Of a stretch of DNA of 64,000 bases, positions 12,754 to 22,562 are shown piece after piece. The number at the start of each line of letters is the position of its first letter. The stretch's first letter is position 1. The notes beneath the pieces are model-generated. The model made no database searches. It was given only the letters and a program-made list of their open reading frames with translations, and was not told the origin of the DNA. Source of the stretch: Limnothrix sp. BL-A-16 (GTDB taxonomy: Bacteria; Cyanobacteriota; Cyanobacteriia; CACIAM-69d); the NCBI GenBank assembly GCA_041937175.2, contig CP166615.1, forward strand, positions 1,696,001 through 1,760,000, in the 5' to 3' direction. A program made the position numbers and the translations under genes.

Positions 12754-12982
12754 CAAGCTGCTAGAACGAATTGCCAGGTAGAGTCAATGACGAAGCTAGG
12801 CTGAAGAGGAGGCCACCACATCAGCACTGAACCCGGAACCATACCCAGAGTCGTTGGGCCAGGGCCTGGGACGATCGATTCACCGATCACTAACCGATCA
12901 CCGAGGCGATCGCCCCATGGCCATCGCTGAATCATCATTGACCCCGGGCCCAACGGGTGCGCCATTGCTCATCCGGCGGCCC

Positions 12983-13717
12983 TTAGGACTCAGAGGCGGC
13001 CTGGTCGTTGTCCTCAGACGCTACCACAGGCTCACCGGGAGCGGCAACTTTCACCATGGCATGGCGCAACACCCGATCGCCCAACAGATAACCATCCTGC
13101 AACTGCTCCAGCACCGTGCCTTCCGGGTGCTCATTGGACGGCTCCCGCATCACCGCCTCATGCAGATTCGGGTCAAATTCTTGGCCTTCGGGGCGCATTT
13201 TCACCACCCCTAGCCGCTTCAGGCTGTCCACCAATTGGCGATAGATGCCTTGATAGCTCTTGTGCAGATTCAATTCCCCATCGGTTTGGGGCTTGATGAA
13301 CGATCGGGCCCGCTCAAAGTTATCAATAACGGACAACAGCTCGCGGATCGTATCGCAGCGAATCCGCAACTCCAATTCCTCGCGCTCTTTGGCGGTGCGG
13401 CGGCGGAAGTTCTCAAAGTCAGCCGTTAAACGCATGTGCTGGCTGGTGCGATCGTCCAGTTGCCCCTTCAAGCCCTCAATTTCCCGCAACAAATCCGCCA
13501 CCTGTGGCCCATGGGTTCCTTCGGCTGCCGGTTCTTCCAACTCAGACAAGTCCAGGTCATCCAGGGTGGCCGGTGCTTCCTCGGTGGCGCTGGTTTCGGG
13601 GGTAGCGGCTTCGGTGGGCGGGGTTTCGGTGGCCGGGGTTTCGACTGCCGCTTCGGGGGCCGGGGCATTCACCGAGGCATTGTCTTCCGCCAGGTTTTCT
13701 TCAGGGCTGTAGGTCAT
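12983..13717 (-). CDS. grpE: Nucleotide exchange factor GrpE
   Basis: ADFENFRRR, FDPNLHEAV and GYLLGDRVLRHAMVKV motifs. Confidence 0.96.
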   Translation of the reverse strand: MTYSPEENLAEDNASVNAPAPEAAVETPATETPPTEAATPETSATEEAPATLDDLDLSELEEPAAEGTHGPQVADLLREIEGLKGQLDDRTSQHMRLTADFENFRRRTAKEREELELRIRCDTIRELLSVIDNFERARSFIKPQTDGELNLHKSYQGIYRQLVDSLKRLGVVKMRPEGQEFDPNLHEAVMREPSNEHPEGTVLEQLQDGYLLGDRVLRHAMVKVAAPGEPVVASEDNDQAASES

Positions 13718-14373
13718 TGGTTCCTCGCTAGCAGTGATCACAGTTGAGTTTTTGTTGAGTTCTTGTTGAGTTTTGACAATCAACAGTCCAACAACGGTCA
13801 AATTTCCTGACCTGTGCAAATTGGCCAAATCGGGGCGATCACCCGTGGGTAGACCTCACCACTCCAGTGCTCGCTGGAGTGCAGATGGCCCATCACCCAC
13901 TTGTCCCGCAGGGCTGCCCGGACAGTGACCCGCACAGGCTCAACCTATGTTAGAACGCCACCCGACCGAATCGAACATTTCCCGCCCTGGCCCCTGCCTC
14001 CGATGCGAGCTTTCCCGAGACCTTTAGCTTAGGATTGATTTGGTTTTGATCCATTGGCTTTGCCTGACCCGCCAACCAACCCTGAAACCGGCCCGAGAAC
14101 AGGCTCGAAACCATGGCCCAAAACTCAAAACCATGGTCCAAAAACCAATCAGTGTCAATGCCTTCTATTTCTAAGGATCCAGCTTCAGGATCCAGCTTCG
14201 ATCCTGAAGCTGCATGGCTGTGGGCTGTTGTTTTAGGGAGGTAGACCGGGGTATACCTTGGTCATGCTGGAGCTGAGTTAGACCCTGTAGCTGAATTGAT
14301 TGCCCGTCCGTTTCGCTTCTCGCGCCCGATCGCCCGATCGATGCGCCTTCGATCCCGCTAGGTGTCACCTGCT

Positions 14374-16404
14374 ATGACAAACTCCATAAACCGGCGCGCC
14401 CTGGTTGTCCAAAGCAATTTTTCGCCCTTCGGTAACAAACTTGTGCAGTCGGGCTATGTGGATCCCGACCAAATGAGCCGCGCTTTGGCTGAACACCGCC
14501 AGTCGGGCCGGCCGCTGATGGAAGTGCTGGCAGCGATCGCCGGCAAAGAAGTGCCACCGGAATTGGTGCGCCAGTACAAAAAGCAACTGCTGTTTGAACT
14601 CAAAATTCTCCACGGGGTTGAGGCGATCGACCCGGAAATTGAAGAGGTGTCCGCAGCCCAGGTGGAGCAATGCATTGAAACCCTGATTCCGGTGGATGTT
14701 TGCCGTCGCTATCGGTTGCTGCCCCTGGGGCGGGCCCAACGGGGCGACTCGCCGGCCATGATGGTGGCCATGGCTGACCCGGACAACCTGGACGCGCTGG
14801 ACGATTTGAATCGCATCCTGCGGCCCCAAAACCTGGCCCTGATTCGGCGGGTGATTGCCCCCGAAGATTACCAGGCGATCATTAGCCAATACCTAGACGA
14901 AGCGGCTCGCAAGTCCCAACAGGCTTCCCGCCAAACTTCCGCCGCCGTCAGTTTCGATGAGTCGGATTTGCAGAACCTCGAAGCCATGCAAATGGAAGAG
15001 GCTTCCGACGAATTGGAGACGGACGACCTGGCCAGCTCCATGAACGATGCGGAGTCGGGGCCGATCGTCAACCTGGTGAATAAGGTCTTGATTAAGGCCC
15101 TGCAAGACGGCGTTTCGGATATTCACGTGGAACCCCAAGAGGAAGAAATGCGGATTCGGTTCCGCAAAGATGGGGTGCTGCAAGAGGTGTTCCGGCTCCC
15201 GAAAAAGGTGGTTCCGGCCGTAACTTCCCGGTTCAAGATCATTTCCAACCTGGACATTGCCGAACGACGGGACACCCAGGATGGGCGGATTCGCCGGGTC
15301 TTTGAAGGGCGGAAAGTGGACTTTCGGGTCAATGTGCTGCCCAGTCGCTACGGCGAAAAGATCGTGTTGCGGATTTTGGATAACTCCTCAACACAACTGG
15401 GGCTGGATAAGCTGATTGGTCGGCCAGAATCGTTGCAGTTGGTGCGGGAGATGGCCAGCCGCCCCTTTGGGTTGATTTTGGTGACGGGGCCGACGGGTTC
15501 CGGGAAGTCCACCACGCTCTATTCAATTTTGGCGGAACGGAACGACCCGGGCATCAACATCAGTACCGCTGAAGACCCGATCGAATATGCCTTGCCCGGG
15601 ATTACCCAGGTGCAGGTGATTCGGGAGAAGGGGCTGGACTTTTCGCGGATCCTGCGAGCATTCCTGCGCCAAGACCCGGATGTGATTCTGGTGGGTGAGA
15701 CGCGGGACAAGGAAACAGCCAAAACAGCGATCGAGGCGGCCCTCACGGGTCACTTGGTGTTAACCACCCTGCACACCAACGACGCATCCGGGGCGATCGC
15801 CCGTTTGGATGAAATGGGCGTGGAGCCTTTCATGGTGGCGGGGGCCCTGTTGGGCGTGGTGGCCCAGCGGCTGATGCGGCGCGTGTGTAGCGAATGCCGC
15901 GTTCCCTACACCCCCACTCCCGAAGAGTTGGCCCGCTATGGCATGAGCGCCAACCAAGAATCCCATCTGACCTTCTACAAAGCCAATGTGGTGTCGCCCG
16001 ATGAGCGCAAGGCCCTGGGCGAAATGGGCAAACTTTGTCCCAAGTGTGGCGGTGTGGGCTACAAGGGCCGTTGCGGGGTTTATGAGGTGTTGCAAGTGAC
16101 GGAAACCTTGCAAAATCTGATTACCCAAGGGGCCCCGACCGATCGCATCAAAGAAGCCGCCGTTGAAGAAGGGATGGTCACTCTGTTGGCCTACAGTTTG
16201 GATCTGGTGCGGGAAGGGCTGACCACCTTTGAGGAGGTGGAACGGGTCACCTTCACCGACACCGGGCTAGAAGCAGAACTGAAGGCCAAACGCAAGAGCG
16301 CCCTCACCTGTCGCACCTGCGCGGCAGAACTCCAGCCAGATTGGATGGACTGTCCCTATTGCCTCACGCCTCGGTTTGAAGAGCCGTTGGTGACTGGTCG
16401 CTAG
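14374..16404 (+). CDS. pilB: Type IV pilus assembly ATPase with a C-terminal Cys ribbon
   Basis: GPTGSGKSTT, EDPIEY, LRQDPDVILVGE and TLHTND motifs; C-terminal CxxC...CPYC. Confidence 0.95.
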   Translation: MTNSINRRALVVQSNFSPFGNKLVQSGYVDPDQMSRALAEHRQSGRPLMEVLAAIAGKEVPPELVRQYKKQLLFELKILHGVEAIDPEIEEVSAAQVEQCIETLIPVDVCRRYRLLPLGRAQRGDSPAMMVAMADPDNLDALDDLNRILRPQNLALIRRVIAPEDYQAIISQYLDEAARKSQQASRQTSAAVSFDESDLQNLEAMQMEEASDELETDDLASSMNDAESGPIVNLVNKVLIKALQDGVSDIHVEPQEEEMRIRFRKDGVLQEVFRLPKKVVPAVTSRFKIISNLDIAERRDTQDGRIRRVFEGRKVDFRVNVLPSRYGEKIVLRILDNSSTQLGLDKLIGRPESLQLVREMASRPFGLILVTGPTGSGKSTTLYSILAERNDPGINISTAEDPIEYALPGITQVQVIREKGLDFSRILRAFLRQDPDVILVGETRDKETAKTAIEAALTGHLVLTTLHTNDASGAIARLDEMGVEPFMVAGALLGVVAQRLMRRVCSECRVPYTPTPEELARYGMSANQESHLTFYKANVVSPDERKALGEMGKLCPKCGGVGYKGRCGVYEVLQVTETLQNLITQGAPTDRIKEAAVEEGMVTLLAYSLDLVREGLTTFEEVERVTFTDTGLEAELKAKRKSALTCRTCAAELQPDWMDCPYCLTPRFEEPLVTGR

Positions 16405-16685
16405 CTTTTGGCGATCGCCCATGAATGGCGTGCAGGTGGGCAGGGCATCCAGTCTTGATACGATCGCCCACACAATTGGGCATCCTCAGGCCAAATTCAT
16501 GGCTGAACTCACGGCTAACCGTATCCCCAGTTCCGATGGTTCGCGCTGGTTTGCCCCGTTTAGACTCTTCAAACCCCGCCAGCCTTTCGGGTTCTTCAAG
16601 CGTTGTGATTGCGATCGAACCCCATTCGATCAAACCCTCATTCAACCCCTATTCGACCTAACCTCACTCGACAGGAGTAGCGACC

Positions 16686-17774
16686 ATGCCACTGGATTAC
16701 ATGATCGAAGACGTGATGGAATCGCTGATCGAACAAGGCGGCTCCGACATGCATATCCAAGCCGGTGCGCCCATCTATTTTCGGATTAGCGGCAAACTGA
16801 CCCCCCAACCGCAATTTGGCGAAGTCCTCGACTCCCAGGACTGCCAAAAGCTGATTTTCAGTATGCTCAACAACAACCAGCGGAAAGACCTGGAGCAAAA
16901 CTGGGAATTGGACTGCGCCTATGGGGTGAAGGGCCTGTCGCGGTTTCGGGTGAATGTCTATCGCGAGCGGGGCTGCTGGGCCGCCTGTTTGCGGGCCCTG
17001 GCTTCCCAAATTCCCAACTTTGAAAAACTCGGTTTGCCCCAGGTGCTGCTGGAGATGGCGGAGCGGCCCCGGGGCATGGTGCTGATCACGGGACAAACGG
17101 GATCCGGCAAAACCACCACCCTGGCCGCCTGCCTGGACTACATCAACCGCACCCGCGCGGAGCATGTCCTAACGGTGGAAGACCCGATCGAGTATGTGTT
17201 CCCGAACATGAAAAGCCTGTTCCACCAGCGGCAAAAGGGCGAAGACACCAAGAGTTTTGCCAACGCCCTAAAGGCAGCGCTGCGGGAAGACCCGGATATC
17301 ATCCTGGTGGGGGAAATGCGGGACTTGGAAACCATTTCCTTGGCCATCTCCGCCGCTGAAACCGGTCACTTGGTTTTCGGAACCCTGCACACCAACTCCG
17401 CCGCCGGGACGATCGACCGGATTTTGGACGTGTTTCCCCCCATCCAACAGCCCCAAGTCCGAGCCCAGATGGCCAACTCCCTCGTGGGGGTTTGCTCACA
17501 AAACTTGGTCAAGAAAGTTGGGGGCGGTCGCTGTGCAGCACACGAAATTATGCTGAATACCCCCGCTGTGGCGAACCTGATTCGGGAGGGCAAAACCTCG
17601 CAAATCTATTCCACCATTCAAATGGGTGGTAAGCAGGGGATGCAAACCATGGAATCTTGCCTGGCCAAGCTGTACCAAGAAAACAAGATCACCTACGAAG
17701 ATGCCCTGGGTAAAAGCTCCAAACCCGACGAGCTACAGCGGTTGCTGGGGGGCAAGGTCGGCGCTGGTCGCTAG
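16686..17774 (+). CDS. pilT: Type IV pilus retraction ATPase
   Basis: GQTGSGKTT, ALREDPDIILVGEMRD and AVANLIRE motifs. Confidence 0.95.
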   Translation: MPLDYMIEDVMESLIEQGGSDMHIQAGAPIYFRISGKLTPQPQFGEVLDSQDCQKLIFSMLNNNQRKDLEQNWELDCAYGVKGLSRFRVNVYRERGCWAACLRALASQIPNFEKLGLPQVLLEMAERPRGMVLITGQTGSGKTTTLAACLDYINRTRAEHVLTVEDPIEYVFPNMKSLFHQRQKGEDTKSFANALKAALREDPDIILVGEMRDLETISLAISAAETGHLVFGTLHTNSAAGTIDRILDVFPPIQQPQVRAQMANSLVGVCSQNLVKKVGGGRCAAHEIMLNTPAVANLIREGKTSQIYSTIQMGGKQGMQTMESCLAKLYQENKITYEDALGKSSKPDELQRLLGGKVGAGR

Positions 17775-17986
17775 GAACGCCGCATCACTGCGACATCACT
17801 AATGCGACACAACCGATCGGGTGGATAACCGATCGACCCATGGCAACGGACGGGGCGCGATCGCTCGGTAAACCCCCAGGGCGATCGCCCCCATCCCCAG
17901 CCCGATTGCCTCCCACCCCTGCCGCCACCCCTGGCCACAGACCCTCGACAGAATTCTTAGGACTCACGTAGTTTGAGCAGCGCCCT

Positions 17987-19246
17987 ATGGCTAAATTCAT
18001 CGCCACCATCGCTGGCCCCGACGGCAAAGGCAAGCGCGAAGTTGTTGAAGCAGAAAGCATCAACGGGGCGCGTAATAAACTGATTGCCGCTGGGTTTAGC
18101 CAAGCCCAAATCCGCGATCTCAAGGAACAGAAAAGCGGCCTAGACATTGACCTCGCTAGCCTCACGGCCAGCGTGACCGTAAAGGATTTGGCTGTGTTTT
18201 CTCGGCAATTTTCCGCCATGTTCAATGCGGGCATTGCCATGGTGAAATGTTTGGATATTTTGAGCAATCAATGTGAAAATCCCAAACTGAAAAAAGCCCT
18301 ATTTAAAATCAATGCTGATGTGCAAGAAGGGGAAACCCTGTCTTCTTCGCTGAAACGACACGGCGACATCTTCAGTAAGCTCTATTGCGCCATGGTGGAA
18401 GCGGGTGAAATTGGGGGGGTGCTCGATGAAGTGCTCACCCGACTGGCAACCCTGCTGGAAAATGCCGCCCGGCTACAAAACCAAATTAAGTCCGCCATGT
18501 CCTATCCCTCAACGGTGGGATCTTTGGCGGTCATTATCTTTTTGGGAATGACCATTTTCCTGCTGCCAACCTTTACGGGAATTTTCGATAAGTTGGGAGC
18601 TGAATTGCCGGCGTTCACGCAAATCATGATTAATATCAGTGAATTTTTGCGTGGCCCCACCTTCCCCGACGATGATCCCAAGGGGCGCAAGAATTTCTAT
18701 GTGGTGTTTTTGGTCATTGCTTTGGTTGCCGGCAAAGTTGTCTATGACCTGTGGTATAAAACACCGGCTGGCAAGCGCCAAATGGATGCCGTTTTTCTGA
18801 AGTTGCCGATTTTTGGAGACATCATTCAGAAAAGCTCGGTGGCTAGTTTTTGCCGCACCTTTGGAACGTTGACGCGATCGGGTGTGCCGATTATTCAAGC
18901 CCTCGAAATTTGTAAAGATACCGCCGATAACCAGGTGGTTTCGGATGCGGTGGCTTCCTCCATTACCGAAATTCAAGGTGGGGGAACAATCAGTGCGGCG
19001 ATCGAGCGATATAAAGTCTTCCCGGCCATGGCCATTCAGATGATGATGATTGGTGAGGAAACCGGGGAACTCGACAAAATGTTGATGAAGGTGGCGGACT
19101 TCTATGAAGATGAAGTGGAGCAAGCGATCAAGGGTCTAACCAGTATGTTGGAGCCGTTGATGATTGTGGTGATTGGGGGGATGGTTGGTTCGATTCTGTT
19201 GGCGATGTATTTGCCCATCTTTGCGGTAATGGATGCGATTAAGTAG
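17987..19246 (+). CDS. pilC: Type IV pilus platform protein
   Basis: FSRQFSAMFNAG, MVEAGEIGG and GEETGELDKML motifs; pilBTC order. Confidence 0.95.
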   Translation: MAKFIATIAGPDGKGKREVVEAESINGARNKLIAAGFSQAQIRDLKEQKSGLDIDLASLTASVTVKDLAVFSRQFSAMFNAGIAMVKCLDILSNQCENPKLKKALFKINADVQEGETLSSSLKRHGDIFSKLYCAMVEAGEIGGVLDEVLTRLATLLENAARLQNQIKSAMSYPSTVGSLAVIIFLGMTIFLLPTFTGIFDKLGAELPAFTQIMINISEFLRGPTFPDDDPKGRKNFYVVFLVIALVAGKVVYDLWYKTPAGKRQMDAVFLKLPIFGDIIQKSSVASFCRTFGTLTRSGVPIIQALEICKDTADNQVVSDAVASSITEIQGGGTISAAIERYKVFPAMAIQMMMIGEETGELDKMLMKVADFYEDEVEQAIKGLTSMLEPLMIVVIGGMVGSILLAMYLPIFAVMDAIK

Positions 19247-19344
19247 TGCTGCAAGGCAATGCTATTAACCATCAAAACTCCAAATACAGCCTTTACCTAA
19301 AAAAGTTGGCACACTACATCGCAAATGCCATGAGGCAATGATTC

Positions 19345-19364
19345 GGTGGGCAATGTCCATCCTA
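19345..19364 (-). repeat. Degenerate GTAG-type REP
   Basis: Minus strand TAGGATGGACATTGCCCACC resembles the copy at 46938. Confidence 0.45.
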
Positions 19365-19495
19365 ACGGGCTACTGTGCTTAGTAAGCGAGGTAAGGGCTG
19401 TATCAACCAGCAAAACCCCAAGGCAAAGCGGTCGATCATCAAAACTTCAGGCGGATTTCTTTCGGGCAAATTCTTCTAGCAGATGGTTCTTGCGA

Positions 19496-19596
19496 CTGGG
19501 TAGGTTAGAGACATGACTAATGGAGTCTGTTGAGTTGATCAATGACAAGCTAACGAAGTTAGCTTTTTTTACTTCTCAAACATTTCAAACATTCTC
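19496..19596 (-). mobile_element. Remnant left end of an IS1031-like (IS5 family) element
   Basis: 38/45 identity with 28527-28571; encodes MSLTYP; end TTTCAAACATTCTC followed by TAA. Confidence 0.65.
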
Positions 19597-19647
19597 TAAC
19601 CTTCAACCCAGCGATCTAACACCGGTTAGCTACATTGGATGCGACCA

Positions 19648-21780
19648 CTACTTAGACACAGCCCACGATCGCACCTTACCAAGAGTGACTGGCATTCGAT
19701 CACTCACATCAATCGTGAATCGAAAAATCCGCTTGGCTCGCCGTCCATTGTCAGGGTCAAAAAACTTCAATTTTACGTCCCAGCACTCGCTGCCATAGCG
19801 ACAGAATGGACTTTTCTCAACTTCAATATCTGCTAACTCCATTCCCTGGGCTACAGCCTCTGAAAAAGTCTGGACAGCTTGGAAGGCATTTGTTGTTGCA
19901 AAGTTCAGTGCCCGATCGCGCGCCAATTGTCCCAAGTTTCGCAGGTCATAGTAAACCCGATTAAGAAAACTAGTCAGTGATCGTCGCATTCGACTCTCAT
20001 CAGCAACTGCTTGATTGGCACTAACCGTCTGCAAGGCCGATTCCACCAATGAATTGACTTTCCAGCCATACATTCCACGCGGACTATTAACCTTCAAAAT
20101 TGGTACTTCCTGACCAGAAAAGAGGCGCACCGTTTCGTTGATCACAATTCCCGGTATACTGACTCGCTCGATATAGTTATCATCATCCTCCGCTAATACT
20201 TGCCCACCCAGCAAGTAGGTCAAAATCTCATAGATCTCTGCCCCAAAAGCTCCTACGGGTTGAATGGCATACACCGGAGTTAGCTCTAGATTAAGTGTCC
20301 AAATCAGTGATTTTGCTTCAAAGAGATTTTCGTCCAGATAGTCCACCATTTGACGGGCATCATAGGGATTGGCAGGAATCTGGACATTCCCTACCGTAGC
20401 GGCCGGCATAAATTGTTTAAAGGTGTCACGCCGGGCCTCAGTGCCAAAATCATATCCAATCGTCCCAAGGGTGTAAGCCAAGTTGGAGCGAGGGCTAGTG
20501 GTGGCAGCAGAAGGCGTGATCGGGGTGGCCGAAATCACATTCGTTGTTGCATTGGCTGTGGTCGCTGCGGATTGAACAGCCGCAGCGACCACTAATTGCT
20601 CCTCCGGCGAAGCGATCGCAGTTTTAGGACTAGGTTCAGAAACTACGGTTAGATGAGATTGGTTATTAACGCCTAAATAGCCTTGGTCAATACCAGTTTC
20701 CGGAGCAATAATTTCCACCCCTGAGTCATCATCCACAGGGCGATTGCTCACCTCAGCCTTCGTCTGCTGGTATTGCAACGGTGTGCCCATAATTAACTCA
20801 TAGGCTCCGGCAATGTTAATTCTGCCCAGTAAGCACCGTTCTGGCTCTTCCGTCGTTTCCGGGTCGCAGGGAATAGCACTATTGAGCAAGGCTGCCCGCA
20901 CCGCTTCTGCATCGGGAGCCAAACCCTGTTCCAATTGCAAACTCATCAGGAGGGCGGCTGTTCCTGTAATGATCGGGGCAGCACAGCTCGTACCTTTTTG
21001 GCGGATGGGGATATCGGTACCCGGTAGCGCACCAAGAACATTTTCGCCAGGGGCTAAAATGCCTTGGCTGGCGTATTTACCGCCAAAGTTACTGAACTTA
21101 AATGGTTCGCCCGTATCTTTCATCGCACCGACCGTCAGCACATGATCGAGGACGGCCGGAATACACCAACATTCACCCTTATCGTTACCGCCTGGGGCAA
21201 TGACTAAAATATTATTTTCCTGCGCTTGTTTAATAGCTTTTTCAATAAATTCGTGGGCGATACCACTTTGGGTAGGATGGCAAGCGGCACAGTGAATAAT
21301 GTTAACGTCCTGCTCGATCGCGGTGCTAATAGCTCGAGATAGATTCAAAGGATTGATGAAATCTTCCCCATTAACCGCAATAGGAATATTAATTACTGTT
21401 GCCCTAGGAGCAATACCTTCGACAGGAGAGCCGGGTTGACCGCAAATGGTGCTGATGATGTGGGCAGCATGACTCTGTAGGTGAATACTTCGGCGAATGT
21501 TTTCATCGGGGATAGCCGCTTCCATTAGCTTCCCCGATTCCTCCTCACTGAGACCTGCTGCTTTGGCATGGAGGTCAATTTCAACAAAGGCTTGAATATC
21601 AGCTGGGTCGATTTCAAATGATTCGATCCAGTAGGGATCAATTCGAGTTAGATTTCCCCCTTGAAAGCAAGCCCGATCAAGATCAACCTTCCCATCAAGC
21701 ACAGCAATTTTGATGCGCGGATCGCCAAGGGTACGCGATCGCAAGGCAGACATTCCAGAAATATCGGCTAGATTCGGCAT
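19648..21780 (-). CDS. patG: Cyanobactin macrocyclase protease (PatG type, no oxidase domain) plus C-terminal DUF
   Basis: Subtilase IAVLDG / HAAHIIS / GTSCAAP with a helical insertion before the catalytic His; PatA/G DUF (GYDFGTEARRDTFKQ...FRFTIDVSD). Confidence 0.93.
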   Translation of the reverse strand: MPNLADISGMSALRSRTLGDPRIKIAVLDGKVDLDRACFQGGNLTRIDPYWIESFEIDPADIQAFVEIDLHAKAAGLSEEESGKLMEAAIPDENIRRSIHLQSHAAHIISTICGQPGSPVEGIAPRATVINIPIAVNGEDFINPLNLSRAISTAIEQDVNIIHCAACHPTQSGIAHEFIEKAIKQAQENNILVIAPGGNDKGECWCIPAVLDHVLTVGAMKDTGEPFKFSNFGGKYASQGILAPGENVLGALPGTDIPIRQKGTSCAAPIITGTAALLMSLQLEQGLAPDAEAVRAALLNSAIPCDPETTEEPERCLLGRINIAGAYELIMGTPLQYQQTKAEVSNRPVDDDSGVEIIAPETGIDQGYLGVNNQSHLTVVSEPSPKTAIASPEEQLVVAAAVQSAATTANATTNVISATPITPSAATTSPRSNLAYTLGTIGYDFGTEARRDTFKQFMPAATVGNVQIPANPYDARQMVDYLDENLFEAKSLIWTLNLELTPVYAIQPVGAFGAEIYEILTYLLGGQVLAEDDDNYIERVSIPGIVINETVRLFSGQEVPILKVNSPRGMYGWKVNSLVESALQTVSANQAVADESRMRRSLTSFLNRVYYDLRNLGQLARDRALNFATTNAFQAVQTFSEAVAQGMELADIEVEKSPFCRYGSECWDVKLKFFDPDNGRRAKRIFRFTIDVSDRMPVTLGKVRSWAVSK

Positions 21781-21964
21781 AATTTTAAGAACTTTATGAA
21801 CAATGCATCAATTACGCACGCATCAATTGCGATTAACCCGTGGGAAGTCAATCGCATTGCTTGCTGTCCAACTGCAACTATTGGGAGTTGATCCTGAAGC
21901 TTGTGGGCTACCTGGCGGCAGTGGCTTTGATTCGACTTAGCAGCCCATGCTTAGTCGCAAATGG

Positions 21965-22180
21965 TTAGCACCAGATTCGGCCGCGCCGAAACGGTTTTTC
22001 GTTCTTTGGGCGCTGGTAGACTTGGTAAAACGTGCGCCAACGACCGTAATCCTCCAAGCCGGTTGTCAAGGGTTGTGGTTCCTTCTTGGTTTTGGGTTCT
22101 GAGGATTGATCGTTGGTTTCAGCCGACTCTGTTTCGGCCACTTGCTCGGCTGATTTTTTTGATTTTTTATCGTTTGCCAT
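21965..22180 (-). CDS. patC: Cyanobactin PatC family protein
   Basis: TTGLEDYGRW...PFRRGRIWC signature. Confidence 0.9.
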   Translation of the reverse strand: MANDKKSKKSAEQVAETESAETNDQSSEPKTKKEPQPLTTGLEDYGRWRTFYQVYQRPKNEKPFRRGRIWC

Positions 22181-22244
22181 GGTGTTGTCTCCCGAAGATC
22201 ACCGATTGCTGTGGCGAGTTTGTCGCATATCTAGACGACTTGAT

Positions 22245-22451
22245 CTAGTAAGAACGCCCTTGTCCTGACATTTTCAAGTAGCCATAGGCCGGATATTGAA
22301 ACTGAGCCGGATCGTTGTAATTAGCGCCGTGCATGATGTCCATGCGAATGCTCAACAGGTCTTCACCACCACCATGAAGGACATCCACACAGTCATGGAT
22401 GTGGACGAAATGAGGGCGTTTGACTGGGGGAGATTGTTTAGGAAGTGCCAT
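22245..22451 (-). CDS. patB: Cyanobactin PatB family protein
   Basis: LPKQSPPVKRPHFV...VDVLHG...MHGANYNDP signature. Confidence 0.9.
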   Translation of the reverse strand: MALPKQSPPVKRPHFVHIHDCVDVLHGGGEDLLSIRMDIMHGANYNDPAQFQYPAYGYLKMSGQGRSY

Positions 22452-22562
22452 CGGAGTTGCCAGAATGATTGTGATGGGACGTGGCGAGAAATGAGATGGG
22501 CAGGCATCCTCTTCACTCCTCGCCTCTAGTTCTTGATGTTTTTTGTGGCTGCGCGGTTGCCC

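Noticed and set aside
13860..13881. CACTCCAG-N6-CTGGAGTG upstream of grpE as a CIRCE element
   Set aside because: Lacks the TTAG/CTAA arms, and CACTC-GAGTG spacing is 12 rather than 9; just a hairpin.
16290..16404. PilB C-terminal Cys-rich tail as a novelty
   Set aside because: Known feature of cyanobacterial PilB.
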